A stretch of 58,828 nucleotides of DNA from an uncultured Candidatus Saccharibacteria bacterium (GCA_964532205.1 CAZHGQ010000002.1:1-58828), one strand, 5' to 3'. Positions 42,743 to 52,392 are shown, counted from the first letter of the stretch. Notes: generated by a model not told the origin, from the letters alone. Numbers and translations are program-made.

Positions 42743-43462
42743 ATGGCAGAACAGAAAACCGCGGTCAAAATTGCAAATCCGGAAATCGAGCGCATGTTTA
42801 AGGCAGGTGCTCACTTTGGTTATGTAAAGAGCCGCCGACATCCTTCGGTTAAACCTCTCATCTTTGGTGTTAAGAATAAGATGGAAATCTTCGATTTGGA
42901 AAAAACACTTCCATTTTTAACTAAAGCTAAAGAATTTGTCAGCTCAATTGCTGAAAAGAATGGCACCGTCCTCTTTATCGGTGGTAAAAATGAATCTCGC
43001 GAAGCAGTAAAGCGTGCAGCCTCATCAATTGGCATGCCGTATGTAGCTGGTCGCTGGATCGGTGGTACATTTACAAACTTCCCACAGATTCGCAAGCGCA
43101 TTGAACGCATGGAATCTCTCACTAGTCAGCGTGAACGCGGTGAACTCAATAAATACACAAAGAAGGAACGTCTCTTGATCGATCGTGAAATCGAAAACCT
43201 CGTTCGTTTCTTCGGTGGTATTGCTACACTCAAAGAATTACCAAAGGCAGTGTTTGTTGTGGACTCACGCAAGGAGCACATTGCTGTTACCGAAGCAAAG
43301 AAGGTTAAAATCCCAGTTATTAGTCTTTGTGGCACAGACTGTGATGTAGCCGGTGTTGAATATGCTATCCCAGGCAACGATGCTTCAGTTTCAAGTATTA
43401 CATTCTTCCTCAATGAAATTGTAGCTGCGTATCGCGACGGTCAAAAGAAGGCTAAAGCTTAA
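42743..43462 (+). CDS. rpsB: 30S ribosomal protein S2
   Basis: MFKAGAHFGY, ILFIGGK and GRWIGGTFTNF. Confidence 0.93.
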   Translation: MAEQKTAVKIANPEIERMFKAGAHFGYVKSRRHPSVKPLIFGVKNKMEIFDLEKTLPFLTKAKEFVSSIAEKNGTVLFIGGKNESREAVKRAASSIGMPYVAGRWIGGTFTNFPQIRKRIERMESLTSQRERGELNKYTKKERLLIDREIENLVRFFGGIATLKELPKAVFVVDSRKEHIAVTEAKKVKIPVISLCGTDCDVAGVEYAIPGNDASVSSITFFLNEIVAAYRDGQKKAKA

Positions 43463-43495
43463 TCTTGTTTTTAATTAGTTAATAGTTATTTATAT

Positions 43496-44083
43496 ATGGT
43501 TACGACTGAGCAAATCAAAGAGTTGCGAGACAAAACAGGTGTCTCCGTTATGCAGTGCAAGAAAGCCCTCGAAGAAGTGGGTGGCGACATGGAAAAAGCC
43601 ATTGTCATCTTGCGCAAGATTAGTAAGGATGTAGCAACAAAGAAAGCTGACCGAACATTCGGTGCCGGTGTTATTGCTTCATATATCCATAACTCAGCCA
43701 AGGTTGGGGCTATGGTAGAACTTGTATGTGAAACTGACTTCGTGGCTAAGAACGACGAATTTAAGAACACTGCCCGAGATATTGCTATGCATATCACAGC
43801 TTCAAATCCAAAGTTTCTCAAGGCATCAGAAATTACTGAAGAAGATACCAAAGCTGCACGCGCTGTCTTTGAATCAGAAGTTGAAGGCAAACCTGAAGCC
43901 ATGAAGGCTCAGATTTTGGAAGGTAAGCTTAAATCATACTTTAAAGAAAAAGTATTACTTGAACAGGAATTTGTGAAGAATCCTGAAGTGACTATTGGTG
44001 GTGTGATCGATTCACTCATCCAGAAGTTCGGTGAAAAAACTGAAATCGCTCGATTTGTTCGGTTCTCAGTACTCGAACAATAA
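43496..44083 (+). CDS. tsf: Elongation factor Ts (short, ~195-aa form)
   Basis: IKELRDKTGVSVMQCKKALEE ... ELVCETDFVAKN. Confidence 0.92.
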   Translation: MVTTEQIKELRDKTGVSVMQCKKALEEVGGDMEKAIVILRKISKDVATKKADRTFGAGVIASYIHNSAKVGAMVELVCETDFVAKNDEFKNTARDIAMHITASNPKFLKASEITEEDTKAARAVFESEVEGKPEAMKAQILEGKLKSYFKEKVLLEQEFVKNPEVTIGGVIDSLIQKFGEKTEIARFVRFSVLEQ

Positions 44084-44086
44084 TCT

Positions 44087-44464
44087 ATGGACATTCTCCT
44101 CGGACTATTTATCATTTCCGGCCTCGGTATCATTATGTTTATTATCTTGAAAGTAATTCAAGATAAATACCGTGTCTTAGTACTCTGGCCGGATGTTCGG
44201 GAGACATTTGAAATCTGGTTGCAGGCCCAGGCCAAAAAAACTGCAGCCACAGAACAGTTGGTAGAAAAAAGTTTTTACATTTTTGCTCACTATCTTGTGA
44301 TTAAAGTTCGTAATGCTTCTGCCTGGCTGTATAACAAGCTCGAAGTGCGCAATCACAAATTGGCTCACCTCATTCGTGGTGAATACAAATTGGAAAAACG
44401 TGGCCAAAGTTCCTCATATTTAAACGATATTACTGATTTTCGAAACAACGTTAGACAACGTTAG
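44087..44464 (+). CDS. Hypothetical membrane-anchored protein
   Basis: 125 aa with one N-terminal TM and no recognisable motif. Confidence 0.45.
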   Translation: MDILLGLFIISGLGIIMFIILKVIQDKYRVLVLWPDVRETFEIWLQAQAKKTAATEQLVEKSFYIFAHYLVIKVRNASAWLYNKLEVRNHKLAHLIRGEYKLEKRGQSSSYLNDITDFRNNVRQR

Positions 44465-44488
44465 AAAATATGGTAAGATACATTTTGC

Positions 44489-44564
44489 GCCGCCTTAGCT
44501 CAGTTGGTAGAGCAACTGTTTTGTAAACAGTAGGTCCCCAGTTCAAGCCTGGGAGGCGGCTCCA
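44489..44564 (+). tRNA. tRNA-Thr (anticodon UGU), CCA encoded
   Basis: The acceptor GCCGCCT pairs with AGGCGGC. The anticodon arm is ACTGT-TTTGTAA-ACAGT, the T arm is CCCAG-TTCAAGC-CTGGG, and the 3-prime end is TCCA. Confidence 0.9.
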
Positions 44565-44572
44565 CAAGATTT

Positions 44573-44581
44573 TGGTATAAT
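44573..44581 (+). promoter_or_regulatory. Extended -10 (TGgTATAAT) 6 nt upstream of ATG 44588
   Basis: TGGTATAAT-AGGCCA-ATG. Confidence 0.5.
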
Positions 44582-44587
44582 AGGCCA

Positions 44588-45460
44588 ATGAATTGGCGAA
44601 CCAAAAGAACCTCACTATTTTTTACAGCAATTATTGTGATTGTTATTGCTGTTGTATTGTACTTTGCTGTCTTTCATAAGCAGAGTGTATCGAATCGGAT
44701 TTCCATCATTCTTTCGCCGCACTACGATGATGCCGCCCTGTCTCTCGGTGGGCTTTTGGCAAGGGAGGGTAAGAATGCGCTTGTGGTGAGTTTCTTTACG
44801 GATAGTCCGGATATAGCTACAACAACGAACTGGGATGCGCGTTCAGGTTTGGCTTCAAGTACTGATCCAGAAAAAATCCGTAGTACTGAAAATGAAAAAT
44901 CGGCTGCTATCACTGGCGCCAGAATCCAGAGTTTATATTACCGCGATAATCAATATGGTCACACAGCAACTGATGATGAATTAGTCGCTGATATTAGTAA
45001 AGATATCCAGATATTGTTAGCAGCTCATTCTGGTTATGCTCATATTGATGTGTATGGTCCAGCCACATTTGGTCCGGGTATTACACACCCCGATCATGCT
45101 ATTTTGCACCAAGCTTATTTGAATGTTGCCAAAGATTATCCAAACACAGCAATTAATTTTTACATATACGAAGATTTTCCATACGTCACACGTTTCAACA
45201 GGGATGTTGTGAAATCGTTGCAGGGCTACATGGAAGATGCTGATGAGATTTATTTAGAACGACAACAGATTGATCTGACAGAGAAGCAGGTGAACACAAA
45301 ACTCAAAGCGATTGTTGAATATAAATCTCAAGTCAAAGCGTTTGCCAGCTATCAAACAGATATTATAAAAGCAGCGGAAACTTATACCACACAGCGTTGC
45401 GATGCATCAGGTGAGAAACCGTGTGAGGTAGTGTACTGGCTACGTCACTTTAGTGAGTAA
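44588..45460 (+). CDS. PIG-L/LmbE-family N-acetylglucosaminyl deacetylase with N-terminal TM anchor
   Basis: ILSPHYDDAALSLGG and ITHPDHAILH. The N-terminal helix is FFTAIIVIVIAVVLYFAVF. Confidence 0.8.
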   Translation: MNWRTKRTSLFFTAIIVIVIAVVLYFAVFHKQSVSNRISIILSPHYDDAALSLGGLLAREGKNALVVSFFTDSPDIATTTNWDARSGLASSTDPEKIRSTENEKSAAITGARIQSLYYRDNQYGHTATDDELVADISKDIQILLAAHSGYAHIDVYGPATFGPGITHPDHAILHQAYLNVAKDYPNTAINFYIYEDFPYVTRFNRDVVKSLQGYMEDADEIYLERQQIDLTEKQVNTKLKAIVEYKSQVKAFASYQTDIIKAAETYTTQRCDASGEKPCEVVYWLRHFSE

Positions 45461-46793
45461 CCTTGTAGATTGCCAATTGGCAATCATTGAAAGTTTTTGA
45501 ATAGATAAGGGGGAAAGCCTGAAGTTTTGAAATGGCTGTTTGCTGTGTTTGACCAGACAGTTCACAACTATTAAAAGCGATATAGTCAGCATCGCGGGCA
45601 TCGATATGTCGGTTTAAAGTTTCCCAGGTTTCAACTGCTCGAATGATAAGTACATTTGTAAATACTGTGAGTGGTGGCGAACTTGTGACAACACGGGCAC
45701 CGGCTTGGTTTTGTAGAAATGAATAATAGTCCAGTCGCTGACTCATAAAATCTTTGCCGGCGTAATATGAATTTGCATTGATTGGCAGGAGGATGATCAT
45801 GGCTACCGTAAGTACGCCAGCAATATATTTGTATCTTGACGCGATTGACGAGCTGATAAGTGACAAGCCGTACGCTGTAAATATCGCTATAGCTGGCAAA
45901 AAGGGTGTCGAATATCGTAATTCTTTGTGACTAATGAGACTGAAATAGCTGCCGCAAATGACTAACATCCAACTCATAAGCATCAGTTCAGGTTGATTGC
46001 GAACACGACGATAGTGATACAGATAAAAAATAAAACCAATTATACCAACAACAAATAACGGACTATCTTTAATGAGTTCAACCAGATAAAATGACAAACT
46101 TTGTAGTGAGAGATTGGCTGCCGTATTAACTGCAGAACCACCATCTTTAAGTGGCTGTAGAACATCGCCATACTGTATGAAGTTGATAATAAAGTAGGGA
46201 ATCAACAATGTGAGAAATCCAAGAATTATCTGAGTAATACTTTGCAAGCGATATTTGATTGGTTCACGAACAGACAGCAAAAAAGCGCAAGCCACAACCA
46301 AAAACAAACCCATTGGAAAACGCATCAGAAATGTCAGATTGAGGATTAAGCCACCGATATAAAATCGTTTATTGAGAATGAGCCATAAACCAAACAAACC
46401 GAGAGTCATTGATGGTAAGTCAGAAAGTGGAATGGAAGTAAAAAAGAACACGAACGGTGTAAAGCTGAAAATAATAGCCGCGTACAAACCAAGGTGTTTA
46501 CTGATGCGTTCACCGATTGAATATATTAAAGCAATTGCACCACAACCGATAATTATTTCCAGAATTTGTAGGGTTGGGATGATCGGTAGACCAAGTTTAA
46601 TGAAGGGTCCAATAATGATGGGCCATAATGGTGGACGCAGTGATTCCCAAAAGCCAATGTGGCCAGCTGAGTATATATATTTGGCCATACCGACATAGAC
46701 CGCTGTATCCCACCAGACGGCTTGGGGAATAGCCACCAAGATAAGGCGGCACAGTACTGAAATTCCTAAGATCCAATATAAAGGTCGTTTCAT
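45450..46793 (-). CDS. GT-C family glycosyltransferase (GT39/83, PMT_2/ArnT-like)
   Basis: 447 aa and polytopic. It has a first-loop WWDTAVYVGMAKYI followed by RPPLWP. Its start has an ATGA overlap with the upstream gene, and its 3-prime end overlaps the PIG-L gene by 11 nt. Confidence 0.65.
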   Translation of the reverse strand: MKRPLYWILGISVLCRLILVAIPQAVWWDTAVYVGMAKYIYSAGHIGFWESLRPPLWPIIIGPFIKLGLPIIPTLQILEIIIGCGAIALIYSIGERISKHLGLYAAIIFSFTPFVFFFTSIPLSDLPSMTLGLFGLWLILNKRFYIGGLILNLTFLMRFPMGLFLVVACAFLLSVREPIKYRLQSITQIILGFLTLLIPYFIINFIQYGDVLQPLKDGGSAVNTAANLSLQSLSFYLVELIKDSPLFVVGIIGFIFYLYHYRRVRNQPELMLMSWMLVICGSYFSLISHKELRYSTPFLPAIAIFTAYGLSLISSSIASRYKYIAGVLTVAMIILLPINANSYYAGKDFMSQRLDYYSFLQNQAGARVVTSSPPLTVFTNVLIIRAVETWETLNRHIDARDADYIAFNSCELSGQTQQTAISKLQAFPLIYSKTFNDCQLAIYKVTH

Positions 46794-47464
46794 TTTTTCT
46801 TGGTTGTTGTAGCTGTAGACGTTGCAATGAAGGAATCTATTGCAGTCGTAGCTTCTTCAAGGTTTTTAAAAGGTACAAAAAGTTTACCGTTTATGTAGAA
46901 GAAAGGTGGGCGAGCCGGTACAAAATCAACCGGAATTGAGAATTTGATATTTTCACTATCAACATCGAAATCAAATTGATAGACTTCAAGTTGTTGATAG
47001 CGCTCAGTCAGAGCACGTAGAATATATTGCTGAACGTTACACTGCGGACATTCAGTTTTTGAGGGGTAGAAATAGAGAAGGAAGATGCTATTAAAATGAC
47101 ACAACTGACTCATTTTTTTTGAGAGCAGATAGTCGCGAATTTGTAGCTGAGTGTAGTAACGTTTGAGACGGTAAATATCCGGATTGTTTTTGCCGACCTG
47201 ATCTTCCATAAAACTCAAGCGTTCAGCTAAACTATCGAGTTCCTGACGCAAATCACTACTCTTAAACGTTGAGCAGGCTGCTTCGTTTGGTGAATTGAGC
47301 AGTGTTTCGGTGGTTAATAAATCGAGGGCAATTTTATCCTCAATTGATTTGAGTTCATTAGTTTTGCGGTCATTAATATAGTTGCTCACATACATGGCCG
47401 TACCGAATAGACCTAAGGTAATAGCCAAAACAACGATATACAAAATGTAACTTCGATTTTTCAT
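46790..47464 (-). CDS. Membrane-anchored thioredoxin-fold-like protein (CxxC)
   Basis: N-terminal TM, a helical region, then FYPSKTECPQCN and PPFFYINGK (cis-Pro-like). Confidence 0.4.
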   Translation of the reverse strand: MKNRSYILYIVVLAITLGLFGTAMYVSNYINDRKTNELKSIEDKIALDLLTTETLLNSPNEAACSTFKSSDLRQELDSLAERLSFMEDQVGKNNPDIYRLKRYYTQLQIRDYLLSKKMSQLCHFNSIFLLYFYPSKTECPQCNVQQYILRALTERYQQLEVYQFDFDVDSENIKFSIPVDFVPARPPFFYINGKLFVPFKNLEEATTAIDSFIATSTATTTKKK

Positions 47465-48706
47465 TTAGCGCCAACTTGTTTTCTTTGAAACTATCGCATT
47501 ATAAATCGACCGTAAAATCCAGAAAGGCGAAATGAACGGATATATCAAAAAGTAATACAGCATAGCTCGGTTAGGTATCGGACGCTCGCCAACTAGACGT
47601 TGAGCACTCAGAAGAAGTGTTAACATCAAAGTGTAAATAAAAATACCAAGTACCAAATGCGCTTTGGTACTGATGAAGAACCAATTAAATGTTACGTGCG
47701 GCCACAAAAAGCCGACAGTGCGCCACTGGATATATAATTGATAGATATTATGCAAAATTCGGTAGACGAGAAAACCGACAGTGAAAATGACACTAATAAT
47801 TAAAGCAAAAGCTACCGGTAGAGTTAAAAAGCCGAGGTTGCCATATTTTGGATTGAAGAACAGGTGTTTGTAGTCACGACAGTTTTGTAAAAAACCATAT
47901 GTCCAGCGCACGCGCTGACGATACAATTTGTATACTGTACTTGGACCTGTTGTATAAACCCAGGCGTTGTGAACATTATCAATTTCTTGATGATGTGAAT
48001 GCATACGGAAGGCGATTTCCATGTCTTCGGTATTGTGAGCTGGACGAAATAAACCAATCTTATCAAAGAGTGTGCGACGGAAAATGGTAAAAGGACCAGG
48101 TGTGACGTGAATAGCACCCAAAATACCCATAACTTTTTTGACTAAAATACCAAAAATATATTCGGCACTCTGAATCATTTGCACAATTGTTTTGGGATTG
48201 TGAATTTTCATCGCTGGAGTAACAGCCATGGTTTTTGGATTATCAAAACGACTAACTAATTTTTTTAGGGTGTATTTATCAACCTCTGAATCGGCATCAA
48301 GACAGCCAATGAGATCGGTGGTGCATGTGGTGATACCGTAATTGAGTGCTGTGTGTTTGCCACCGTTTTCTTTATGATGAATTTGAATGTCTGGGTATTT
48401 AGTTTTGTACTGTTGCATGATTGCCCAGCTATTGTCAGTGCTGCCATCATCGACAGCTAATATTTTGAGTTTGTCTTTGGGGTAATCGAGCTGTTTAAGG
48501 GAATCAATTGTTTTGGCTAGACCAGCTCCGTCGTTCCAGCATGGTACGACAATGGTAACCGACGGATAATGGCTTAATTCAAAGGATCTAGAGCCGTCGG
48601 CGTTGATACGGGGTTTGTGTAGCACAAAGGTAAAAAGGATGAAAACCTCGAAGTAGATACCGACGAAAAAGAAAAAATAGAGGACAATTTCCTGGAAGAT
48701 TTGCAT
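47465..48706 (-). CDS. Processive family-2 glycosyltransferase (PgaC/IcaA/NodC/BcsA-like synthase)
   Basis: VTIVVPCWND ... AVDDGSTD, CLDADS, TEDMEIAFR and QRVRW, flanked by N- and C-terminal TM helices. Confidence 0.85.
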   Translation of the reverse strand: MQIFQEIVLYFFFFVGIYFEVFILFTFVLHKPRINADGSRSFELSHYPSVTIVVPCWNDGAGLAKTIDSLKQLDYPKDKLKILAVDDGSTDNSWAIMQQYKTKYPDIQIHHKENGGKHTALNYGITTCTTDLIGCLDADSEVDKYTLKKLVSRFDNPKTMAVTPAMKIHNPKTIVQMIQSAEYIFGILVKKVMGILGAIHVTPGPFTIFRRTLFDKIGLFRPAHNTEDMEIAFRMHSHHQEIDNVHNAWVYTTGPSTVYKLYRQRVRWTYGFLQNCRDYKHLFFNPKYGNLGFLTLPVAFALIISVIFTVGFLVYRILHNIYQLYIQWRTVGFLWPHVTFNWFFISTKAHLVLGIFIYTLMLTLLLSAQRLVGERPIPNRAMLYYFLIYPFISPFWILRSIYNAIVSKKTSWR

Positions 48707-48721
48707 AGGGCAGTAGGATAA

Positions 48722-48750
48722 AGTATAGCCTATTTAGGCCATTTTTACAA
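48722..48750 (-). promoter_or_regulatory. Promoter TTGTAA-17-TATACT for the GT2 operon
   Basis: Reverse complement of 48722-48750. It is back-to-back with the pheS -10 box at 48767-48772. Confidence 0.45.
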
Positions 48751-48779
48751 GAATGCTTTTTTTATGTATAATGAGCGCC

Positions 48780-49517
48780 ATGAATGACACACAGCCGAAA
48801 AAGACGGGTCATCTACATCCTATAACTCAAGCAATTCGAGAAATATACACCATATTTTCTCAACTTGGTTTTGAATTGGCTTCAGGTCCTGAGCTTGAAA
48901 CAGAATTTTATAATTTTGATGCCTTAAATGTGCCGAAAGATCATCCTGCTCGTGATATGCAGGATACATTTTGGATTGATAGTGAAGCGGCTCGAACACT
49001 CGACGATGCTGGTAAAAGTATGCGTCGGGTTTTGCGTACCCACACGTCACCCGGCCAGATTCGCTATATGGAAACACATAAGCCACCATTCAGAATGATT
49101 ATTCCGGGTAAGGTTTTTCGTAACGAAGCGACAGACGCTACACATGAAGCGCAGTTCTATCAAGTCGAAGGTTTAGTTGTTGATAAAAATATTTCTTTGG
49201 CTCATTTGAAAGCTACACTGGAGAAATTTTTCAAATTGTATCTTGGTCCTGATATTGAAATTCGTTTTCGACCAAGTTTCTTTCCATTCGTTGAGCCGGG
49301 TGTAGAAGTTGATATCCGTTGGAAAGACAAATGGCTCGAAGTTATGGGCGCTGGCTTAGTACACCCAAATGTCTTTAAAGCTGCAGGTCTTGATGCGGAT
49401 GCTTGGCAAGGTTTTGCGTTCGGAGGCGGTATTGATCGTTTGGTTATGCTTAAGTATGGCACTGACGATGTGCGACAGTTTTATTCAGGTGATTTGCGTT
49501 TTGTTAATCAATTCTAA
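48780..49517 (+). CDS. pheS: Phenylalanine--tRNA ligase alpha subunit, catalytic core only
   Basis: HPITQAIREI, LRTHTSPGQIR, FRNE and GAGLVHPNV. It is about 245 aa, so the usual N-terminal helical arm is absent. TATAAT (48767-48772) lies 7 nt before the ATG. Confidence 0.88.
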   Translation: MNDTQPKKTGHLHPITQAIREIYTIFSQLGFELASGPELETEFYNFDALNVPKDHPARDMQDTFWIDSEAARTLDDAGKSMRRVLRTHTSPGQIRYMETHKPPFRMIIPGKVFRNEATDATHEAQFYQVEGLVVDKNISLAHLKATLEKFFKLYLGPDIEIRFRPSFFPFVEPGVEVDIRWKDKWLEVMGAGLVHPNVFKAAGLDADAWQGFAFGGGIDRLVMLKYGTDDVRQFYSGDLRFVNQF

Positions 49518-51427
49518 TGAAAGTCTCGTATAACTGGCTTAAAGAATATGTGGAGTTGCCAACACCAGAAGAAGTGGTGGAGGCTTTAACATTTCATGTT
49601 TTTGAAGTTGAGTCATTAGAAAAGGTGGCACACGATGCCGTACTTGATGTGAAAGTGTTGCCGGACCGGGCTCACTATGCTTTGTCACATAAAGGTGTAG
49701 CCTATGAACTAGCGGCGATTTTGAATAAAAAATTAAGAGAGAGGGAAGTAAAAGGTTCTGCCGAAGTCGGCCCAGGTATTTCAGTGATGGTGGAGTCTGA
49801 TGCTTGTCGACGATACAGTGCCCGATGTATCAAGGGTGTCACGGTCGGCGAGTCACCAGCTTGGCTTAAAGAAAAATTGGAAGCTATTGGTCAGAGGACT
49901 ATTAATTGTGTGGTTGATATTACAAACTTTGTTATGTTTGATCTCGGCCAACCACTCCACGCTTTTGATGCTGATAAGGTGGTCGGTGGTATTACGGTGC
50001 GCCAGGCAAAAAGTGGCGAGGTTTTGGAATTGTTACCGCTTGATGGTCAGGAGCGTACAATTACGTTAACTACCCAAGATATGGTTATTGCTGATGAGGC
50101 GGGGCCGTTGGCTCTGGCAGGTGTGAAGGGTGGGATGCGGGCGGCCGTGACGGCGCAGACCAAGAATATCATTCTTGAGGCCGCTAATTTCGAACCGGTC
50201 ACCATTCGCCGCACGGCCGCCCGTCACAACATTCGCAACGACTCCTCAAAACGTTTTGAAAATGATGTCACCCCAGAATTGGTACCACAAGCCGATCGTT
50301 TAGCGACATCATTGTTTGCAGACATTGCTCAGGCTCAGGAAATTTCTCCAGTTACTGATGTGTATCCATCACCTCAAAAACTTCACACTATTTCAGTTTC
50401 AACTGAATATATTTCCAAACTTATTGGTGCTGATATTTCTATATCTGAAATGAAAGAGATCTTTGCTCGACTCTCACTGCCGGCCACAGAATCAGCGGGC
50501 ACATTTACACTTTCTATTCCGGCCTTTCGCCTCGATCTGGTTATTCCACAGGATGTTGTTGAAGAAGTTGGCCGAATTCACGGCTATCGCGCGTTACCGT
50601 CTGTAGAATTGTCTGAAGTCTCAGCCAAGCCCTTAATTGACAAAGAGTTTTACTATGCCCAGCTTTCACGTGATGTGTTAAGTAAGCTCGGTTTCTCTGA
50701 AGTTTATACGTACGCTTTGACCTCTCATGGTGATGTCGAGATCATCAATCCGCTCGCCGCCGACAAAAACTTCCTGCGTCATTCGCTTGAAGAGGGAATC
50801 ACCAAGAGTCTCGAACTCAATGCTCGCAACGCACCACTCTTGGGCTTGGATGAAATTGCTATCTTTGAAGTTGGTACCGTTTTTAGTCAAAAATCTGAGC
50901 AGACCGAGCTTGTCATTGGCTACAGTATTGTTAAAAATATCAAAAACAAAGACAATCTCGTTAAAGAAAAATTCAAGGAAATTCTCACAGCATTGGAAAC
51001 TGCATTCGATGGATCAATCAAATCTACTCAAAAAAATAATCTGCTCACCATCGATCTCTCGGCTTCTCTCAAAAAACTACCTGAACCTCAGCAGGCATAC
51101 ATGCCGTATATTTCTCTCAAATCAGTAGCTTATAAAAAAATCTCAGCCTACCCATTCTCAATGCGTGACATTGCGGTATTCGTACCGGAAACCGTCACAG
51201 ATGAACAACTCAAAACCATCATCGCAGAAAAAGCCGGCTCATTACTCGTGCGCTGTGATCTGTTCGACGTTTTCAAAAAACAATTTCCAGACAGCACAAG
51301 CAAAACCTCATATGCATTCCACCTCATCTTCCAGTCCATGGAAAAAACTTTGGAAGAATCTGAGATCAGCGGTATCATGAATGCCATAACCGCAGCCTTC
51401 ACCGCTAGTGGTGGGGAGGTGAGATAA
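49517..51427 (+). CDS. pheT: Phenylalanine--tRNA ligase beta subunit lacking the N-terminal OB-fold tRNA-binding domain
   Basis: MKVSYNWLKEYV runs directly into LDVKVLPDRAHYALSHKGVAYE (B3/B4 region). GQPLHAFD and the C-terminal FDX-ACB-like end are present. Confidence 0.88.
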   Translation: MKVSYNWLKEYVELPTPEEVVEALTFHVFEVESLEKVAHDAVLDVKVLPDRAHYALSHKGVAYELAAILNKKLREREVKGSAEVGPGISVMVESDACRRYSARCIKGVTVGESPAWLKEKLEAIGQRTINCVVDITNFVMFDLGQPLHAFDADKVVGGITVRQAKSGEVLELLPLDGQERTITLTTQDMVIADEAGPLALAGVKGGMRAAVTAQTKNIILEAANFEPVTIRRTAARHNIRNDSSKRFENDVTPELVPQADRLATSLFADIAQAQEISPVTDVYPSPQKLHTISVSTEYISKLIGADISISEMKEIFARLSLPATESAGTFTLSIPAFRLDLVIPQDVVEEVGRIHGYRALPSVELSEVSAKPLIDKEFYYAQLSRDVLSKLGFSEVYTYALTSHGDVEIINPLAADKNFLRHSLEEGITKSLELNARNAPLLGLDEIAIFEVGTVFSQKSEQTELVIGYSIVKNIKNKDNLVKEKFKEILTALETAFDGSIKSTQKNNLLTIDLSASLKKLPEPQQAYMPYISLKSVAYKKISAYPFSMRDIAVFVPETVTDEQLKTIIAEKAGSLLVRCDLFDVFKKQFPDSTSKTSYAFHLIFQSMEKTLEESEISGIMNAITAAFTASGGEVR

Positions 51428-51428
51428 T

Positions 51429-52145
51429 ATGTTTGAACAACCCAGAGCAAATTTTGAAGATGAGGCACCCAGAAAACTAGCCGATTCATTTTATAGTGGT
51501 CGTGGTTTGGAGCTTTTAGCTGCCGAACCAGTTCAATGTGGTTGGGATGGTGATGAATATGTGACACTGCTTCATAATGGTGATATTTCCGGTGCTAAGC
51601 ATATGCTTGATGGGTGGGCGATTGCTCATGTCGGTGTATCTGGGAATGATTGGTGGCAATTACCCGAATATGGCAAGCGCAATAAAATTATCAAATGGGT
51701 AGAACAGAATCAACCGGCCGACTGGGATCCTAAAGCACCACCAATAAGACAACTTGAAATTGATGGCAAGATCTACAATAACTCGTATCCAAGTGATTTG
51801 CATACCTACGTTGCTGAGGCTCTTGGTTTGGACGACTATAGCCAACTAGAGCTTTACACGGCGGTTGATACTCCGGTAGATACTATGTACGGTTATGACA
51901 TGTTTTTTAAATATCGAAACGTACGTTATACAATTGATCTGACCACAAACCTCAATAGAAAGGTTAGTAAAATCAGTCAGCAGGATAAAGCAGATCATAT
52001 TATTACTTGGGATTTTTTGGATGAGAAACGGGTTTTTCGAAAACCACCACAAAGTCAGGTAGCTGAAGAGGGCAGGCAGATTGCCAAGTATATTAAATTG
52101 AGAATCGAAGAGGTGATTGATAAACGAAAAAAGTTTGCCGCATAA
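51429..52145 (+). CDS. Hypothetical protein (238 aa)
   Basis: GGAGGTGA lies 8 nt upstream, inside the pheT end. No recognisable motifs. Confidence 0.55.
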   Translation: MFEQPRANFEDEAPRKLADSFYSGRGLELLAAEPVQCGWDGDEYVTLLHNGDISGAKHMLDGWAIAHVGVSGNDWWQLPEYGKRNKIIKWVEQNQPADWDPKAPPIRQLEIDGKIYNNSYPSDLHTYVAEALGLDDYSQLELYTAVDTPVDTMYGYDMFFKYRNVRYTIDLTTNLNRKVSKISQQDKADHIITWDFLDEKRVFRKPPQSQVAEEGRQIAKYIKLRIEEVIDKRKKFAA

Positions 52146-52149
52146 ACAA

Positions 52150-52186
52150 AAAGCCCGTCTCGTAAAAGAGACGGGCGCTTTTTATT
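52150..52186. terminator. Bidirectional intrinsic terminator
   Basis: AAAAA-GCCCGTCTC-GTAAAA-GAGACGGGC-GCTTTTT. Confidence 0.85.
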
Positions 52187-52207
52187 TAGTTGTCTGAAGA
52201 AATATCC

Positions 52208-52327
52208 CTACTTCTTCGTCACGGGCCGGCGGATGGCCTTGGCAATCATTTCTCGTTGGCGCCAGGTGGGTAGATCGAGAAATTGCTTGGTCAAGCGAAC
52301 GGCCTGTGAAAGTGTATGTCGAGACAT
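52208..52327 (-). CDS. 39-aa basic small protein (hypothetical)
   Basis: MSRHTLSQAVRLTKQFLDLPTWRQREMIAKAIRRPVTKK. AAGGAG lies 6 nt before the ATG. It is 54% GC by hand count and has a consensus promoter and a terminator. Confidence 0.45.
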   Translation of the reverse strand: MSRHTLSQAVRLTKQFLDLPTWRQREMIAKAIRRPVTKK

Positions 52328-52392
52328 GTGATTCTCCTTCGAGAAAAACATCCTTGTTGCCGAGATACTTCCTGGTACCTCAGTCTGATAGT

